From the human T2T-CHM13v2.0 reference genome, Homo sapiens, in the NCBI RefSeq assembly GCF_009914755.1, contig NC_060930.1: a DNA stretch of 64,000 nucleotides; one strand, 5' to 3'. Both the position numbers and the translations under genes were made by a program. This document shows, piece after piece, positions 59,050 through 64,000 of the stretch (positions are counted from its first letter, which is position 1; the number at the start of each line of letters is the position of its first letter). The notes under the pieces are model-generated. The model was given only the letters and a program-made list of their open reading frames with translations, was not told where the DNA came from and searched no databases.

Positions 59050-59591
59050 TTACATTTGCTATGTCACAAATTGTCACAAAACTTAGTACCTTTAAACAAC
59101 TGTTTTATCTTGGGCAGTATTGTGTGCAGTGGAAATGGAGGGAGGGCTTGGCTGGGCAGCTCTCACTTGGGGTCTCTCAGGAGGGCGTAGTGAGAGTGGG
59201 GTGTAGCTGGGACTCAGCTGAAGGCTCTCCTGCGCTGGTCATCCAAGATGGCTTCCTCCTAGGGCTTGTGGTTGAAGCTGGCTGTTGCTGGGCATTCCGC
59301 TGGAGCTGACCACAGCACCTACATGTAGCCTCTCCAGTGTGGAGTTCTCGCTAGAGGCTTACATGGTGTCTGCTTCCCCCAGAGCAAACATCCCAAGTAA
59401 AGCTGGAGGAAGTTGCATGGCCTTTTTTGAACTAGCCTCAAAAGGCACCATTGTTGCTGCCACTGCATTGTTGGTTGCAAGGTAGTTACTAAGGTTGGGC
59501 CAGGTTGCATAGGACAGGACAGGACACAGATCCCCACCTTTCCATGGGAGGAATGTCCAAAAATGTGAAGTCATGTTTTAAAACCGCCACA
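59050..59591 (-). mobile_element. MLT1G/H-like LTR
   Basis: ggcttggctgggcag...catccaagatggcttc...ttttaaaaccgccaca. Confidence 0.75.
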
Positions 59592-59706
59592 TTGTAATTC
59601 ACTTATTATAATTATAATGAAATTATCTTTCTTCTTCCCTGTACACTAAATACCCCCCACCCACCCCCCGACACACACGCACAAGAAAACTTCTGAAATT
59701 ACATTA

Positions 59707-60153
<447 letters not shown>

Positions 60154-61011
60154 CTGAAATGTAAAGTTTTTGAAAGTACAAGATTTAGTTGTTGGTTTAA
60201 AGCAAACATTTTCAGTTCTCAGGGAAAAAAGTTCAAGGGTATTTTGGCTATTTTCACCTGGATAGTACGGAGGGAATTTAAAATTTTTTTATTGGCTTTA
60301 ACATTGTTTCACAGAGACTGAGAAGTCTGTATGCATAATTCAACTAATAAATTTGATTCTAAGCCAAGGTTTGATTAACATTTTGACACCACCCATCAAA
60401 CAAATTTTTCAAAGAGCGTTCTATTCTATTAATTACAAAATAATGAAATCTTTTGGCTCCTGACCATCCAAAGGTTATTTCAGGGCATCTCTTCCTTTTT
60501 GTAATGTGTAAGGTACTCAAATGTCATTGTGAGTGGAGGACTGAGAGGAGATGGAAGCTAATCAGAGCTTTTTTTCCCAGGCAGACCAGGCACTTGAGTA
60601 TACTGAGGATTTTCAGTAAGGTGAATACATGGTCTTTTCAGTGAAACTTCTAAGTGTGGGGACATTGCTAAAATTTACTTCCATCAAGAAGAAACTCCAT
60701 ACCGCCTTTCCTGCCCCACTTATCCTTTATGTGGTTCAAATATGAAAATATTGTAAACTAATTCATGTATTTATCTCTCTCTCCTACTAAATCATAAATT
60801 TACATGGTGGCAGAAATTGAGCTTTAGTTATCTTTTCATCTCTGATGGCTGGAACATAGAAGATGCTTTAAAAACATTGGAATATTTTATTATTTATTTT
60901 TCCTTGTAAAAGCAGTGTTCTGAAGTCTTTAGAAAGTTATACATATACATTCTTTATTTAAAAGAATGCTGACTACAAGTTTCCAGATTTTCCAATGAAT
61001 TTGTAAACCTA

Positions 61012-61090
61012 CAGTGTTGGTGCAAAAGTAATTGCTGTTTTTGCCATAAAAGTAATGGCAAAAACAGCAATTACTTTTGCATCAATCTAA
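61012..61090. mobile_element. MADE1 mariner (Hsmar1) MITE
   Basis: ttggtgcaaaagtaattgctgtttttgccat-loop-atggcaaaaacagcaattacttttgcatcaa, flanked by TA. Confidence 0.92.
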
Positions 61091-61199
61091 TAGATAAGTG
61101 GTTTTCAATCCTGAGGCACATTGAAGGCCCTAGAAAATTCCAGCTCCCAATCCCAGGAAACCTAATTTTAATTGGCCTGTAGTGTGGCCCAATCCTTTG

Positions 61200-61940
61200 T
61201 TTTGTTTTGTAACATCTTACAAAAATGTAGTACACTTGTTAAAACAAAGAAATAAACATTGGTACAGAACCCTTAACAAAACTACAGATGGTTATTCATA
61301 TTTCACCAGTTTTTCCGGGAATGACCTTTTTCTGTTCCAGGGTCTAATCTGCGATCCCACGTTGCATTTAGTTTCTTCTTGCTCTTTCCAATCCATGACA
61401 GCTCTCGTTCTTTCCTTGTCTTTCATGACATTGTACTTTTGAAGAGCTCCTGTCACTTGTTTTGTAGAATGTTCCTTGATTTGGGTTTCTCTAATGTTCT
61501 CTTACTATTATATTAAAGTTTCTAATTTTTTGCTAGAATACTACAGAAATGATGTGCCCTTCTTGGTACATTCTATCAGTGGATACCTTATGTCAATATG
61601 TCTTATTATTGGTGATACTAATTTTGATGACTTGGTTAAAGTGGTGTCTGCTAGGTTTCTCCACTGCAACAATACTAGTTTCACCTTTGTAATTAATAAA
61701 TATCTTACAGAAAATACTTTGAGACTATACAAATATCCTTTTCCTCCTCAAACATTAAAACTGACTTGAGCCTGTATCAGTAGATCTTGCATGCAAAAAC
61801 TCTTACCATTGTGCTCTAATGGTGATTTTCTATTTCCTTCATTTCTTCCATGTTTATTAATTGGAACCTTCTATGAGGGAATACTTTCTCTTCTCTCTCA
61901 TTTGTTTAATTATTTATGTCAGTATGGACATACGGATCAA
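61200..61940 (-). mobile_element. L1MB/MC 3'UTR fragment splitting a MER5-type element
   Basis: gttttgtagaatgt..., cttggttaaagtggtgtctgctaggtttctccactg; MER5-like halves at about 61095-61185 and 61950-61995. Confidence 0.7.
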
Positions 61941-62504
61941 ATTTTTATAGCTCCAAGGTGATTCTAATTTATTCTCAAGATTGAAAACCACTGCTAAGTG
62001 GTCTTTGAACCTAGTTCATGATGTGGTGTCTCTACTCTGTCTGGTAACACAATGGTCTTGTTTTGTTTTGTTTTTTTTTCAATATGTGTTATTTATATTA
62101 CCTGTTTCTATAGTTAACTGAGTGCATCTCTCCTCTGCCACAGATAAACTTCGCCACACCCTAAAATATCATAAGCCAGAACACTTGTACCTCTAAATTT
62201 CTGGGTCTAACCACAAATTCATAGCTGTTTACCTAGACTACCTCACATTTACTAAAGTAAGCTTTGATTTCAGCATGAACTCAAATCCTATAATACCTGC
62301 ACCCCAAACATACCGTGCCACCTCCTTTTGATATTCACTAGCCTCTTAGCCAATCAGTTGTGTTGGTTAATAATTTCCATCTTACATTCCCTAGCATCAC
62401 AAGATATTATGAAATTTGGTGCTTCTTGTATAGAGATATTTTTGTATCATTACCCTTGTTATCTGTTCTTCACTGCACTGCATTTAGTAGATGTTCTATT
62501 CCCT

Positions 62505-63090
62505 TGCTACTCAAAGTGTGCTACTCAAAGACCAATGTATTAGCATCACCTGGATGCTTGTTAGCAATGCAGAATCTCAGGACCCACCCCAAACCTACTG
62601 AATCAAAATAGAAATTGGTGTGTCACGCCAATAATTCACAAGCTTATATATATATATATGAATAACCAGGGGATCTTACTGAAATACAGATTTTGGTATT
62701 AGGTATGGAATTGGGGCTAGATATTGAGGTGATGCTGCTGGTCCCTGACCCACACATAGAATGCAAAAATCTGGTCCAGTCACTCCCAAAGTGTCATCTG
62801 GAATAGCATCTTCAGCATCATCTGAGAAATTTTAAAAATGTAAATTCTTGGGCTAATTCCCAGAACTACTGGATCAAAAGTTCTGGGAGTGGCAGTCAGT
62901 AATCTATGTTTTAACAAGCCAATAAGACTGTCAGACGATTACGATGCTTGCTAAATTTGAGAACATTGGTCTAATCCATTGGTCTCATACTTGACTGTAC
63001 ATTAGAATCACCTAGGAAGCATTTTTACAAAACAAAACAAAGAAACAAAAAAAAAAACACTGATGCCTGGTTCTTTTACCAAGAGATTCT
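62505..63090. mobile_element. Cluster of MER5A/MER5B fragments
   Basis: Repeated agcatcacctgg...aatgcagaatctcagg and cattagaatcacct motifs. Confidence 0.7.
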
Positions 63091-63109
63091 TTAAAGTGAA
63101 CACAAGCCA

Positions 63110-64000
63110 TGTTCACTTTAAGTGTTGACTATTTACCAAGATAGATCATATTCTAAGCCATAAAACAAGTCTCGAGAAATTCAAAAGAATTTACATCATA
63201 CAAAACATGTTCTCTGCCCACAGTATAATTGAATGAGAAACCACTAACAGAAAACAAATTCAGAAAATTCCCTAATGTTTAGAAACCAAATCCACACATA
63301 TATAACCCATGAAATAAAAGAGAAACTAGTTTAAAGTAAAGGAAAACAAAGACACAATACATCAAAACTTGTAAGATTCAAGAAAAGCAATACTAAAAGG
63401 GAAATGTATGGTACTGAACCCCTATACTAGAAAAGAAGAAATGCTTCAAATCAAAGTTCCTGGTTTCCATCTGAAAAAAAAAAAAAAAAAAAAAACTAGA
63501 AAAAGAAGAATAAATTAAATCTAAAAATAGTCAAAAGAAACAAAACGATAAAGATTAGAGCCGAAATCAACAAAATATAAAAGAAGAAAAAAAATAGAGA
63601 AAAATCAATAAAACCAAAAGCTAATTTATTGAGAACAGAAACCTCTGACTAGATTGATTAGACATTGATAAACCTCACACCAGACTGATCAGGGACAAAA
63701 AAGAGAAGACACACCTCACCAAAAAACAGAAATGAGAAAGGTGATATCTCTATGATTTCTACAGATATTATGAGGATGATAAGAAAATATTGTAACCAAT
63801 TTTACATTAAGACATTCAACAAATTCAATGAAATGAACAAATGCCTCGAAAAACACAAAACTACCAAAGTTCATTCAGGTTATAAATAACCTGATAGCCT
63901 TATATCTATGAAAGAATTTTAATTTGTAGTAAAAAGAAATCTCTCTTTTCTCACTAAAAAAATTCCAGGCTTATGATTTCACAGGCCAATTCTACCAGAC
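63110..64000 (+). mobile_element. Old L1M ORF2 fragment (endonuclease to linker), running off the window
   Basis: ccaagatagatcatattc...gccataaaacaagtctc, atcaaaacttg..., gagaaaatcaataaaaccaaaagct. Confidence 0.85.

Overview
Primate (very probably human) genomic DNA, AT-rich and dominated by interspersed repeats: about 17 Alu copies including AluY, L1PA and L1M fragments, L2/MIR, MaLR and ERV1 solo LTRs, and Tigger, mariner and hAT MITEs. I see no intact protein-coding gene, CpG island, tRNA or rRNA, and most entries in the ORF track are repeat-derived or chance ORFs. The main non-repeat signal is an apparently decayed multi-exon gene on the minus strand. Its best piece is a 727-nt AG...GT-bounded exon at 8106-7380 that reads through with one +1 slip in an A7 run and four stops, each one C>T change from Gln or Arg. 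Phase-compatible candidate exons lie at 12755-12684, 5635-5508, 4009-3852 and from 3478 downward, with weaker candidates up to about 29 kb. The translation repeatedly shows WD40-blade-like motifs; the family assignment (possibly WDR87/WDR97-like) is from memory and unverified. Several small local duplications and motif clusters are also described. All repeat subfamily names were assigned by eye and need RepeatMasker confirmation.
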